Shown here piece after piece: positions 9,226 to 17,808 of a stretch of DNA of 64,000 nucleotides. How positions within the stretch are numbered: position 1 is the stretch's first letter; each line of letters starts with the position of its first letter. Below the pieces are notes generated by a model. The model was not told the origin of the DNA. It was given only the letters and a program-made list of their open reading frames with translations, and did no database searches. The DNA comes from Candidatus Omnitrophota bacterium (GTDB taxonomy: Bacteria; Omnitrophota; Gorgyraeia; JABMRN01; RBG-13-46-9). The position numbers were made by a program, and so were the translations under genes. The stretch lies in contig JABMQJ010000020.1 in NCBI GenBank assembly GCA_013203315.1, forward strand, positions 6,774 to 70,773. The letters run 5' to 3'.

Positions 9226-9318
9226 CCGTGAAAAAGGCAAGTCCGCCGAAAGGCGGATACGCAAAGCTACAGGCCTAAGTCAGTAATGCTGATACGGCGG
9301 CTGAGTTACCGGAAAGGA
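9226..9318 (+). promoter_or_regulatory. c-di-GMP-I (GEMM-I) riboswitch aptamer #2
   Basis: 'GGCAAGUCCGCCGAAAGGCGGAUACGCAAAGCUACAGGCCUAAGUCAGUAAUGCUGAUACGGCGGCUGAGUUACCGGAAAGG' matches the Vc2 consensus across P1 (GAAA loop), 'ACGCAAAGC', 'GGCCUAA' and 'GUUACC'. Its 3' end runs into the RBS 'GGAAAGGAGG' of the 9329 gene. Confidence 0.75.
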
Positions 9319-9328
9319 GGCAAATAAA

Positions 9329-9610
9329 ATGAGAAGTGGCAAAAGGATTCTATTAGCGCTCGTTGTCCTTTGGGCCGCGGTTTTCCTGGTTCAAGATGTG
9401 GCGTTTTGCCGTTCAACCAGTCTTACAACAACGCTCTATATAACGGTGAAGGCGCCTCCAAAAGGTAATATAGCGCCCAGCGATAAGAATCTTGAGGCGG
9501 TGGAGAAAATAGCGAAAGATCAGGCAATGACAGCGCCTAACATAAAAGATGTTGCGCCTGAAATTAAGTTTTCTGGAGGTAAGATATACACCATAACAGA
9601 CACGCTTTAA
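9329..9610 (+). CDS. small secreted protein (signal peptide), c-di-GMP riboswitch-controlled
   Basis: 93 aa. Strong RBS. N-terminal signal peptide 'MRSGKRILLALVVLWAAVFLV'. Its stop abuts the convergent 1497-aa gene. Confidence 0.55.
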   Translation: MRSGKRILLALVVLWAAVFLVQDVAFCRSTSLTTTLYITVKAPPKGNIAPSDKNLEAVEKIAKDQAMTAPNIKDVAPEIKFSGGKIYTITDTL

Positions 9611-12600
9611 TTAGAAGTACTTGATCTTTATGGTTTTTTTCTCGAGGATAAAGTCTTCGTCTTCCAGCTTATCTTTAGGCTCTACCGTTATGGGCCTACT
9701 GGCGCTGGGAGAGGCTAATCGATACTGCTTAGGCAGGCGTTTGGTATCTATGTTAAGCTCGTATTCGCCGGGGTATACGTATTCAAAAATAAAACTTCCG
9801 TCAGAAAAAGAATACGTGTCCCTGTATTCCGGGGTAAGGAATATCCGCGCATTCGGAACCGGAATATCAAGGTCTTCCTCAAAAATACCGTTATCGTTAA
9901 CGTCGACGTATATCTTGCCTTCTATTGTTCCCGCCGCAACAACGATAAAAGTTGTTTCCGAAGTTTTAAGCTGTTCCACCAAGACATCCTTTGTCGCATC
10001 GCCTCTTATCATCATGTCAACAGGAAGGCCCCTCATGTCTAACCTTACTTTTCTCGAGCCGGGTACTACTTTTTTGATAAATGCCTTACCACCGGCGTTT
10101 GTCTGGGCGCTTCTTCCTTCAACAACGTAAGCAAGGACATCTTTCATGCCTTTGTCGTCCTTATCCATTTTTTTGTTTCCGTTTGCGTCCTCAAAAACAT
10201 ATACCTTTATCCTGCCCCATTTCTCAGGGGTTGTAATATCAAAAACATGCCTGACAAGAAATAGAACGGACCAATCCTGTGTCGACCTGTAGGTATCGTA
10301 TAAGTCCATGTTATCGGCTTCGTAGGTTAGGCTAAGGGTCGTGACCGGCGAAGGGTTATAATCAATGCCCGTGGAAAACGAGAATATAGAGCTGTTAGCT
10401 ACGGTATCCTGGAAGGCGGTCCGCAACCTGCAGTCTCCGGAGAAGCTAAGATAGGGCAGCAAATAATACCTGCCTGAGAGGGTCGTGTTCCATACCGATG
10501 AGGTCGGCAGGCCGTTCATTGAGAGTTGTTTTGTTTTTGTCAAATCCTGATAAAGCCTTATATAAGAACCGTTTAATTCCGGGAAATATTTATACAGGGT
10601 AGCGGATGCCATGTGATAAAAATTACTGCCGGTACTTCCGCCGAGCGGGTCGGCTCTGTAATATTGATATCCCAACTGCAAGGAGGCTGTTCCCATGGTT
10701 TTGTAATAATCGAAGGAGTAGGTTTTGTAATAGCTTCCGGAAGCGTCCTCGTTGCCTCCGTCCGTAAGGTTGCGACCGTAGTTCCAACCGAAAGAAATAT
10801 TCTGATCATAGGGGAGCCTGTAGTTGAACCCCGTGTACGCGCTCCTTGTATACGAGGTAGTCTCGTCTTTGTTGAAAGCGACGTTATCCCTGCTTACGGT
10901 TCCCGACATATTGAGGCTAAAGTCTTTACTTATTTTAAAGCTTGAACCTATGTCCCAGCCCATGTAGTCCTGATATGTCGTGGGAATACCGATAGACGCG
11001 TATTTATCCCCGATAAACTCGAAAGAAGTGTTCATGTTAAAACGATCGTGCTTGTATTTTATTCCTGTTTTATAATCGAGATCGCTTACAAGTTTATCGC
11101 GCTCGTTATCGGGAAAATAGTTTGATTGGGCATAAGTGTTGTAGAAATTAAAATTCGGAAATACCTGCCAGTCGCTATCCAGTAAATAAACAAAATTCTT
11201 TCTCGGATGAGCGGTGGCGCCTGAGTCCTCTGAAAATTCGGCTTTGTTATATACATACAGTTCCGTCGCGGAAAATTTGAACGTGTCTGTGTCGACCCAA
11301 TCCTGTTTGGAAGCGTAGAGTTCCCCGAAATACTTCACGGTACCGCTACCTTCAGACCTGGGGATAGATATAGCGTCCATCTCACCTGCCCAGAAAGTGG
11401 CCTTTACGGGGGCGTCCTTCTCGGCGTAGTCCATTTCAACGCCCCAATACGGCTGCGACTGCGCTCTTACACTGGGAAGTCTCATGTAATTATCAAGTAG
11501 CTTCAGCGTGTTGTTGTTCTTGGAAAAGGATAAGTGCTGGGCATCTTCTTTCCATGTGTGCTTATCCGATGTATCATAGTCCCTCATGCTCAAATGGCCA
11601 AAAACATCCAAATCGTGTATCCTGCCATTCAGGTAATATTCGTTATACCTCGTGCGCTTTTCTTCAAACATGTCCTCAAAATACCTGAAACTTGCGTCTA
11701 GCTTTAAGTCTATGTCGGGTTGATATTCTGCCGGCAAAAGTTCTTCTCTCACTTCGCGGGGTAATTTGGGGACATCTATTTCTGCTGCCTCTTTCTTCTC
11801 TATTTCCTCAAGCGACATCGGGGGCTTTTCAATCGTGAACATGGTGAGCTCCGGCTTTTCGCCTCTTGTAAATTTCACAAGATTTTCTTCGGGGAAATAC
11901 TTGTATGAAATGCCGGTTGCATCCTTAACTGAGCCCAGGCTTAACAAAAAATTGTCATTATAAATAGCTAAAGGCTTGCGCATGGTAAGAAACGGCTGCT
12001 TGCTTACAAGGCCTTCGGTTTTGCCTACATTCATTTCGAGGGGGATACCGTCATATCTTATGATAATAACAGTCAGGGCTGCGGGCTTCATAAATGTGAG
12101 CCCTATCTGATCGGTAAGCTCTTTAAGAGGGGTCCAAATCTCGTTTCCCTTGCGCAGGCATGGGCTTTCAAACTCAAATTTTTTACCCGCGAATTCAAAG
12201 GCTATATTTCGGTCTATTTCGTAACCGGAGAAATCATATCCGGTCGGCCTCATCCTTCTTGCCTCCACCCATTCGCCTTCCGGGATTCTTTCCACTTCCT
12301 CAACCGTGACTTCAGGGGTTTCCAGGAAAGCGGGTTCCTCTTCGGTAATAAGCGTTCCTCCAGGAATTTCTTCTTCACGCAAGAGAGCAAGTGGTTCTGT
12401 TTCTTCCGGGGTAACCTCCTCGACGGTAACTTCCGCTATAACTTCCTCTATGGTAAGTCCCTTGACGGCATCTTCTTCGACGGCAACTTCCCTTACGGGC
12501 TCTGAGACACGCTCCCTGCGAGTTTTCTTCCCGGCAAACTTTTTTCTTAAAGCGTTTATAAAATTTTTGAAACCGTTCAGCATACCGGCGCGCCTTCCGG

Positions 12601-14104
12601 AGCCGACAAGGGAGGCTTCTGTGGCTGCCTGCTTTCCGGCTTCCCTGGATAACGCAACGAAATTACCCACCGTTTCAGTATTTTGTTTAAGCCCATCGCC
12701 TACTTGTTTGGCGTATTCATTTATGCGCTGGCTTGGGGATGCTGCCGGTGCAATTTCAGCTTCCTCGGTAACGCTTACAATTTCCTTGGGGGCATCGCCT
12801 GTTATGCTTTCTCTTTCGGCGGTTACAAGGGGTGTAGTACTTGCATAATTTCTTAAACGCGTTGCTGTGCTGTCTAGATTTGCCTTCAAGTCGGTGCGCC
12901 TTTCAGAATTAATGAAATATACCTCTTCGGTTACTTTCCTTCCGACCCCCCTTGATGTCGTAATGAATCTTCCGATATTAATGATTCCGTTTTTTATATA
13001 TTTTCCGAAATTCGGTAGCTCTCTTTGGGGCAGGATTCTTTCTCTTTGAGGAGCCATCTCTTGGGGGGCTATTCTTCTTTCCTGGGTTAATCTTTCAGGA
13101 ACCCTAAGCGGCTTAGAGATTTTCTCTAATATTGCGGGTTTTTTTACTTCTGCGGCTCGCTTCGGCATGATACTCGCTACCAGTGATGTTGTCGCAGCAG
13201 GTTTTCTTTTTGCGGGTTTTGCAATAACCGGTTTTTCGACAATCGGCGTTTCCCGGGTAACTTCTTCGATTTCAGGTTCTCTCGTAACTGTGATTTCAGC
13301 TGCTTCTTCAAGTTCTTTTATTTTCTCTTTGCAGCTCCTGACAGCTATTTGTGTCATGTTTTTTGTAATCGATATACGCCTCTTTTTTTCCGGGAAATCT
13401 TCCTCGAGGTTATTTAGTATTTTTAAAACGGTTTTATAATTTTTAAGCGCTACCAGGAATCTCTGGTTCTCTGCGTCAACGGAGGCTTTTTCTAAAAGAC
13501 GGGTTATTTTCTCTATTTCCCTGGAAAACGTTCTGTCTTCCGCCGCCTTGCCGCTAAGGGCGTCTATTTCGTCTCTTAAAACACTTTCCTTGCTTTCTAT
13601 GAGGCGTAGGAGAAGTTTGGCCTCTCTATTGTCGGAAGCGCCTTTTAAAACGAATTCTATCTCGGTTCTGGCGTGGCTATACTTCTTAAGCGCGACGTAA
13701 TAACGGCCTTCGTTTTTCTGGTCTTCCGCGGTGTCGATTAGATTATATGCGTTTTCCAGTTTTTCTTTATATGTATATTTGCTGTTAATATCTTGTTCAA
13801 TATGGCGTATCTGGGTCTTACATTCTTCGATTTTATTTTCCGTGAGATCTTTTAAAAGTGATATACGCTTATTTTGCGGTTCGCTATCCAGGATGTTTCG
13901 GGCAATTGCCAGCGCTTCTTCGTACTTTTGCAGGGCAAACATGAATCTCTGGTCTTCATAAAAACAAGCGCCTTCTTCGACAAGGCTTAAAACGTCGTTT
14001 TCGTTTCCGCTGATTTTGGCATAGGAGTACCCCCAGGAGCCAAAAGTTATAAAAAGGCTCATGATCAAAGTCAACGAAATTAACGAAATCTGCCTTTTTC
14101 TCAT
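9611..14104 (-). CDS. giant (1497 aa) TPR / acidic-linker / outer-membrane beta-barrel / C-terminal beta-sandwich protein, candidate atypical usher of the adjacent pilus-like locus
   Basis: Signal peptide. N-terminal TPR-like helical repeats, a Glu/Pro/Val-rich acidic region, a roughly 600-aa Tyr/Asn/Gly/Asp-rich beta region typical of OM barrels, two CarboxypepD_reg/Cna-B-like beta-sandwich modules, and a C-terminal '...KIKYF'. It occupies the usher position downstream of the chaperone gene. Confidence 0.5.
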   Translation of the reverse strand: MRKRQISLISLTLIMSLFITFGSWGYSYAKISGNENDVLSLVEEGACFYEDQRFMFALQKYEEALAIARNILDSEPQNKRISLLKDLTENKIEECKTQIRHIEQDINSKYTYKEKLENAYNLIDTAEDQKNEGRYYVALKKYSHARTEIEFVLKGASDNREAKLLLRLIESKESVLRDEIDALSGKAAEDRTFSREIEKITRLLEKASVDAENQRFLVALKNYKTVLKILNNLEEDFPEKKRRISITKNMTQIAVRSCKEKIKELEEAAEITVTREPEIEEVTRETPIVEKPVIAKPAKRKPAATTSLVASIMPKRAAEVKKPAILEKISKPLRVPERLTQERRIAPQEMAPQRERILPQRELPNFGKYIKNGIINIGRFITTSRGVGRKVTEEVYFINSERRTDLKANLDSTATRLRNYASTTPLVTAERESITGDAPKEIVSVTEEAEIAPAASPSQRINEYAKQVGDGLKQNTETVGNFVALSREAGKQAATEASLVGSGRRAGMLNGFKNFINALRKKFAGKKTRRERVSEPVREVAVEEDAVKGLTIEEVIAEVTVEEVTPEETEPLALLREEEIPGGTLITEEEPAFLETPEVTVEEVERIPEGEWVEARRMRPTGYDFSGYEIDRNIAFEFAGKKFEFESPCLRKGNEIWTPLKELTDQIGLTFMKPAALTVIIIRYDGIPLEMNVGKTEGLVSKQPFLTMRKPLAIYNDNFLLSLGSVKDATGISYKYFPEENLVKFTRGEKPELTMFTIEKPPMSLEEIEKKEAAEIDVPKLPREVREELLPAEYQPDIDLKLDASFRYFEDMFEEKRTRYNEYYLNGRIHDLDVFGHLSMRDYDTSDKHTWKEDAQHLSFSKNNNTLKLLDNYMRLPSVRAQSQPYWGVEMDYAEKDAPVKATFWAGEMDAISIPRSEGSGTVKYFGELYASKQDWVDTDTFKFSATELYVYNKAEFSEDSGATAHPRKNFVYLLDSDWQVFPNFNFYNTYAQSNYFPDNERDKLVSDLDYKTGIKYKHDRFNMNTSFEFIGDKYASIGIPTTYQDYMGWDIGSSFKISKDFSLNMSGTVSRDNVAFNKDETTSYTRSAYTGFNYRLPYDQNISFGWNYGRNLTDGGNEDASGSYYKTYSFDYYKTMGTASLQLGYQYYRADPLGGSTGSNFYHMASATLYKYFPELNGSYIRLYQDLTKTKQLSMNGLPTSSVWNTTLSGRYYLLPYLSFSGDCRLRTAFQDTVANSSIFSFSTGIDYNPSPVTTLSLTYEADNMDLYDTYRSTQDWSVLFLVRHVFDITTPEKWGRIKVYVFEDANGNKKMDKDDKGMKDVLAYVVEGRSAQTNAGGKAFIKKVVPGSRKVRLDMRGLPVDMMIRGDATKDVLVEQLKTSETTFIVVAAGTIEGKIYVDVNDNGIFEEDLDIPVPNARIFLTPEYRDTYSFSDGSFIFEYVYPGEYELNIDTKRLPKQYRLASPSASRPITVEPKDKLEDEDFILEKKTIKIKYF

Positions 14105-14194
14105 CTTAATTTTTTTCCGATATTAAAAGGAGATCTTCTTGCCACCAAGCGTCTCCTTCCTTGCTGCCCTCACGCAGGCTTTGCTGTGGTTTCC

Positions 14195-15019
14195 TTACTT
14201 TACGTTAAAACTTATTTGCCCCCCTAGGTAATCTTCTCCTCCGTAATCGAGAACTGCCTGAACAAAATACTCTCCCGGCGCAAGCTTCTTTTTGTCATAC
14301 CTAACTGTAAACTCCCTATTCGTCCGGGGGAATATGCCGCCGTCCTGCGAATTAAGTAGGAGTTCGGCTACTTCGGTTTTCGAAGAATCTATTATTTTAA
14401 CCGGGCCGCTTGGTCTTACAAGAATATTGCTGTTATTTCTTACCGTGCAGCTTATGTCAAAAGCGCCGTCTTCATCGGGTTTGCTCACCTTTAAACCCTG
14501 GAGCTCTACATCATAGCTTTCAGCGCCTTTAACCGTTACCAAAAAGATTGATCCGAGCCTTATATTTATTGATGCCCCGGTCGTGGCGCTTAACTCATCT
14601 GCAGGCGGTGATATTTCAAAAAACACAACGCCGTATCTGCCGCCCTTGGCATCTTCCGGAACTTCTACGACATAGCGCACCTTCATCTGGTCCGAAGGTC
14701 CCAGATCAAATTCTGTGGGGCCTATTTTAAGCCAGTCAGCGGCGGTCCAGGGCGTAGTTCCTTCCGGCAGAAAATCATTGCTTCCATCCGGCGCGTAAAC
14801 AAGGTCGTTTACATAGACCTTTACATGTATCGTCTCGTTCTGATCGTAGTTGAGAACGGTTACATACCCGCTCTCAGTACCGCCGGGACTAATGGATAGC
14901 TTTACCCTCGGCGGATCTATGTTCATTTTTATCGCATAAGCGGAAAAATTCATTAAAAATAGAAAAATAACTATAGTGCATGCAAATATCGGTTTTTTTA
15001 TAAACTTAGCAAAACTCAT
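14195..15019 (-). CDS. PapD-like periplasmic pilus chaperone (two Ig-like domains)
   Basis: 274 aa with signal peptide. N-terminal 'IDPPRVKLSISPGG...VTVLNYDQNETIHVKVYV' and 'GGRYGVVFFEISPP' resemble the PapD/CsuC N-domain pattern (conserved Arg in strand A, hydrophobic run then E-I-P-P). Confidence 0.45.
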   Translation of the reverse strand: MSFAKFIKKPIFACTIVIFLFLMNFSAYAIKMNIDPPRVKLSISPGGTESGYVTVLNYDQNETIHVKVYVNDLVYAPDGSNDFLPEGTTPWTAADWLKIGPTEFDLGPSDQMKVRYVVEVPEDAKGGRYGVVFFEISPPADELSATTGASINIRLGSIFLVTVKGAESYDVELQGLKVSKPDEDGAFDISCTVRNNSNILVRPSGPVKIIDSSKTEVAELLLNSQDGGIFPRTNREFTVRYDKKKLAPGEYFVQAVLDYGGEDYLGGQISFNVK

Positions 15020-15519
15020 AATACCTCCACCATAATGAACCTGATATGTGACGTATAAGAACCTGCTGCTTGGTATTTTGGAATTTGTAAGTTATATTTG
15101 AGTTTTATCTGAACCGTTGTGCCCGTATTATCACTGCCTGAGCTTGTATATATCAATACCGGTCTCGTCGCGAAATCGCCGGGACTGCCAACGCTGTTTG
15201 AAACAAGTCCTCCGCCGTTTACCACCTGCTCTACTATCCACTGCATGTTCTCCGCCGGTATGGAATGCTGAGCGCTTGTAAACGGGCGCATCATCTGTAC
15301 CTTAAAATACCACGTTCTTTCGTTATCGGAGGTAAAATCGAACCTGTGTTCGTAATTACCTTTTCTTGTAATCGATTTTTTTTCGTTCATTTGCATGGTT
15401 CCGAAATCAATCGTTTGAAAGCCTTCACCTAACGACATTTCAAAGGTCGCAAAAGATCTTGCCTCCATTAGGACTAGAAGCATAAAAACTAAAATAATGA
15501 AAATCGGCTTTTTAATCAT
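15016..15519 (-). CDS. SCPU/Csu-pilin-like secreted subunit (paralog 1)
   Basis: 167 aa with signal peptide. C-terminal strand 'AGSYTSHIRFIMVEVL' fits the 'G-Y-T-x-T-V-T-V-T' motif shared by the paralogs. Confidence 0.45.
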   Translation of the reverse strand: MIKKPIFIILVFMLLVLMEARSFATFEMSLGEGFQTIDFGTMQMNEKKSITRKGNYEHRFDFTSDNERTWYFKVQMMRPFTSAQHSIPAENMQWIVEQVVNGGGLVSNSVGSPGDFATRPVLIYTSSGSDNTGTTVQIKLKYNLQIPKYQAAGSYTSHIRFIMVEVL

Positions 15520-15523
15520 CGCT

Positions 15524-16075
15524 TTACTCTGTCTCCGTAATAAGATATGCTACTTTCAGGCCGTAATGGCCTCCCATCGCCGAACCCGGCAAATCAAGCT
15601 TGTATTGGAATCGCAATATGAGCTCTTTCCCTATCTCATCTTCTGTGTCGCTTGTATATACAACCTGCGGTTCATCTGAAAATTCCTGCCAACCGGGCGC
15701 TGCTATCCCGCGGCCATCTGTATGGTATATGCGCCATTTAAAGCTTTCTGGCGGTATCTGATTCCCTTTTGGGCCTATAACTTCATTAAGAATATGTATT
15801 TTTACGTAATATTTTCTTCCCTTGTTGGCAGCACACTTTATTGTATTGTAATATGTGCCTTCTTTTAATGTTACACTATCTCCGGGGTTAACAACGCCAA
15901 AATTAATATAATTATTATCAATATTTATATCGAAAACGGGAAGGACTACAACTGAGGCAAATATATCTTCTATGTCCTCATCTGCATTGCAAATACAAGG
16001 CACCAGGACAGCAAAAACCACCACCAATGATGCAAAAACCCCTATTATATTACACTTAGCTCTATATATAGTCAT
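15524..16075 (-). CDS. SCPU/Csu-pilin-like secreted subunit (paralog 2)
   Basis: 183 aa. N-terminal hydrophobic segment. C-terminal 'GGHYGLKVAYLITETE'. Confidence 0.45.
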   Translation of the reverse strand: MTIYRAKCNIIGVFASLVVVFAVLVPCICNADEDIEDIFASVVVLPVFDINIDNNYINFGVVNPGDSVTLKEGTYYNTIKCAANKGRKYYVKIHILNEVIGPKGNQIPPESFKWRIYHTDGRGIAAPGWQEFSDEPQVVYTSDTEDEIGKELILRFQYKLDLPGSAMGGHYGLKVAYLITETE

Positions 16076-16184
16076 TTTAGTAGTATAAGTATACCATAAA
16101 TATGTTTAAAAAGCAAATGTCCTTAGTGTTTTGGCTAAGGCCAAACTAAAGATGCGTAACTTCAAAGTTTTCAATGAGTTACGC

Positions 16185-16778
16185 TTAAGGTGCCGTTGTC
16201 ATCGTATATGTTACCGACACCGTATATGTCCGTTCGGCACTAAGCCCTCTTGGGTCAACGCCAAAGCTAAAAGTTGAGAGCGTTCCGAATGGCGTATTGA
16301 CCGTATCCAGAGACCCGGAGGTATAGATATTTGACGATTCCGTAGGTATCGGCGTCCATTCTACGCTGCCGGCTAGGGTTCCGTCTGTTTGCTGGTTTGC
16401 GTTCCTATCCCACGGTTGTGTATAATAGTACTTTGCGTTACCGGCAAACAAGCCTTCTGAATATACCCCCTGCATTTTTAAATACCATGGCACGCCCATA
16501 TTACTGATACACACTACCCCTGTATCGCTCTTTCCGTCATCCTCTTTTCTTCCGTTAGGATATACCAAAGATTTTGTGGGGTCAACATTGCTGAACGGCA
16601 CGGCTGTAGAGTATATCACGCTCGCGTCAGTATAAAATTCCATTGAAAATATACTTGTCGCGGTAACGGTGACGTTTGTCGTAAGAGAGCTGTCTAGAGC
16701 TATTGCGTTGCTCTGCGCTATCAGAAAAACGGCCACCAGGGCTAAGATCTTTATATCTATCATTTTATACAAAGACAC
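16185..16778 (-). CDS. SCPU/Csu-pilin-like secreted subunit (paralog 3)
   Basis: 197 aa with signal peptide. GTG start preceded by GGAGG. C-terminal 'ERTYTVSVTYTMTTAP'. Confidence 0.5.
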   Translation of the reverse strand: MSLYKMIDIKILALVAVFLIAQSNAIALDSSLTTNVTVTATSIFSMEFYTDASVIYSTAVPFSNVDPTKSLVYPNGRKEDDGKSDTGVVCISNMGVPWYLKMQGVYSEGLFAGNAKYYYTQPWDRNANQQTDGTLAGSVEWTPIPTESSNIYTSGSLDTVNTPFGTLSTFSFGVDPRGLSAERTYTVSVTYTMTTAP

Positions 16779-16890
16779 TTTTTTGCCTCCGTTATTAACT
16801 TCCTAAAAAAAATTACTTCTTCGACGGGTTTTAAGTCCTCGCAGTTTAAGTAATGACCGATGCATCTCCAGACCACCCAAAGGTCTGCGC

Positions 16891-16920
16891 GATCGGTGTG
16901 TCTTTTAAGACACACCGATC
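16891..16920 (-). terminator. intercistronic perfect 13-14-bp stem-loop after putative major subunit gene (partial terminator / mRNA stabiliser)
   Basis: Perfect palindrome 'gatcggtgtgtctt tt aagacacaccgatc' 38 nt downstream of the stop of the 16958-17536 gene. A second 6-bp hairpin lies next to it (16868-16888). No clean U-tract. Confidence 0.4.
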
Positions 16921-16957
16921 ATTATCTTATCTGCATTACGTTTTCCGAGAAGCAATA

Positions 16958-17536
16958 TTATGCTGTTTCGGTTAACGTATAGGTAATCGTACCAGTATAG
17001 GGACCGGGTGCCAATCCTGAGCCATCAACCTTGAAGCTCAAAGTTGCCAGTGTTCCCTCCGGTGTATTGGTTTCGTCTGCGGTTCCAGCTGTGTATAAAG
17101 TTACAGCAGCGCCCGTGAGATCGAACCAGGTTAGATCACCATATGTTCGGCCACCATCTGCAGGTGTACCCCAGTTTCGGTTCGTAGGTTGGCCCATGTT
17201 ACCGGCCAATTTTGTAAGAAGCGGTGATGCAGCGTTCATTGCGATTTTCAAATACCAAGGATTTCCCTGGTTTGATTTTATCGTAAGACCTACATCTGAT
17301 TTACCGTCATCTTGTGCTCTTCCGTCTGCATAGTTGTATGCACTTGACGGGTCTACAGTGGAAAACGGAATGGCTGTCGAATACAGTACATTCGCGTCCG
17401 TGTAAAACGCCATCGAGAATATGCTACCAACTGATGCAGTAACGTTTGAATTGAGTGTCTGGTCAGCTGCATAAGAAGCACCTGCTATCGCGATTGCGAA
17501 TAGCATTACCATAGATGTAATCACTAGTTTTTTCAT
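16958..17536 (-). CDS. SCPU/Csu-pilin-like secreted subunit (paralog 4; putative major subunit)
   Basis: Start moved to the Met at 17536 (RBS AAAGGAGG 6 nt upstream), giving 'MKKLVITSMVMLFAIAIAGASYA' as signal peptide. C-terminal 'GPYTGTITYTLTETA'. Own upstream region of about 270 nt, and the strong hairpin downstream. Confidence 0.5.
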   Translation of the reverse strand: MKKLVITSMVMLFAIAIAGASYAADQTLNSNVTASVGSIFSMAFYTDANVLYSTAIPFSTVDPSSAYNYADGRAQDDGKSDVGLTIKSNQGNPWYLKIAMNAASPLLTKLAGNMGQPTNRNWGTPADGGRTYGDLTWFDLTGAAVTLYTAGTADETNTPEGTLATLSFKVDGSGLAPGPYTGTITYTLTETA

Positions 17537-17656
17537 TTTGTTCACCTCCTTTGTTTTGTTTTTAAATTGTTTTAGTAACCCTTTATTTAGCATTTCTGTT
17601 TTTCCCATCATGTCTTTAGTATATCATATTTAGTTTTTCCTGTGGTCACGGCTGAG

Positions 17657-17681
17657 TAACATCAATGTAACATCAATGTAA
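17657..17681. repeat. tandem 11-mer 'taacatcaatg' x2 (+taa) in the upstream region of the putative major subunit gene
   Basis: Exact tandem duplication 120-145 nt upstream of the 17536 start codon. Candidate regulator binding site. Confidence 0.4.
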
Positions 17682-17808
17682 TAAGGCCAGTGAGTCTGAA
17701 GCAGGGCTCCATTATATATAATGCGATAATTGTGCTAAAATTTCATTAAATACTATAATATAGCAAAAAGCGAGAAAGAGCGGAAAATCTAACTTTTTAT
17801 ACCTAACA

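Noticed and set aside
9611-14104. Splitting the 1497-aa ORF into separate TPR and barrel genes
   Set aside because: The reading frame is continuous without stops and without internal RBS+start combinations after the acidic linker, so it is treated as one protein. A frameshift or assembly fusion cannot be excluded from sequence alone.
17657-17681. Possible CRISPR array (short exact repeats)
   Set aside because: Only two contiguous copies with no spacers. No cas genes anywhere in the window.
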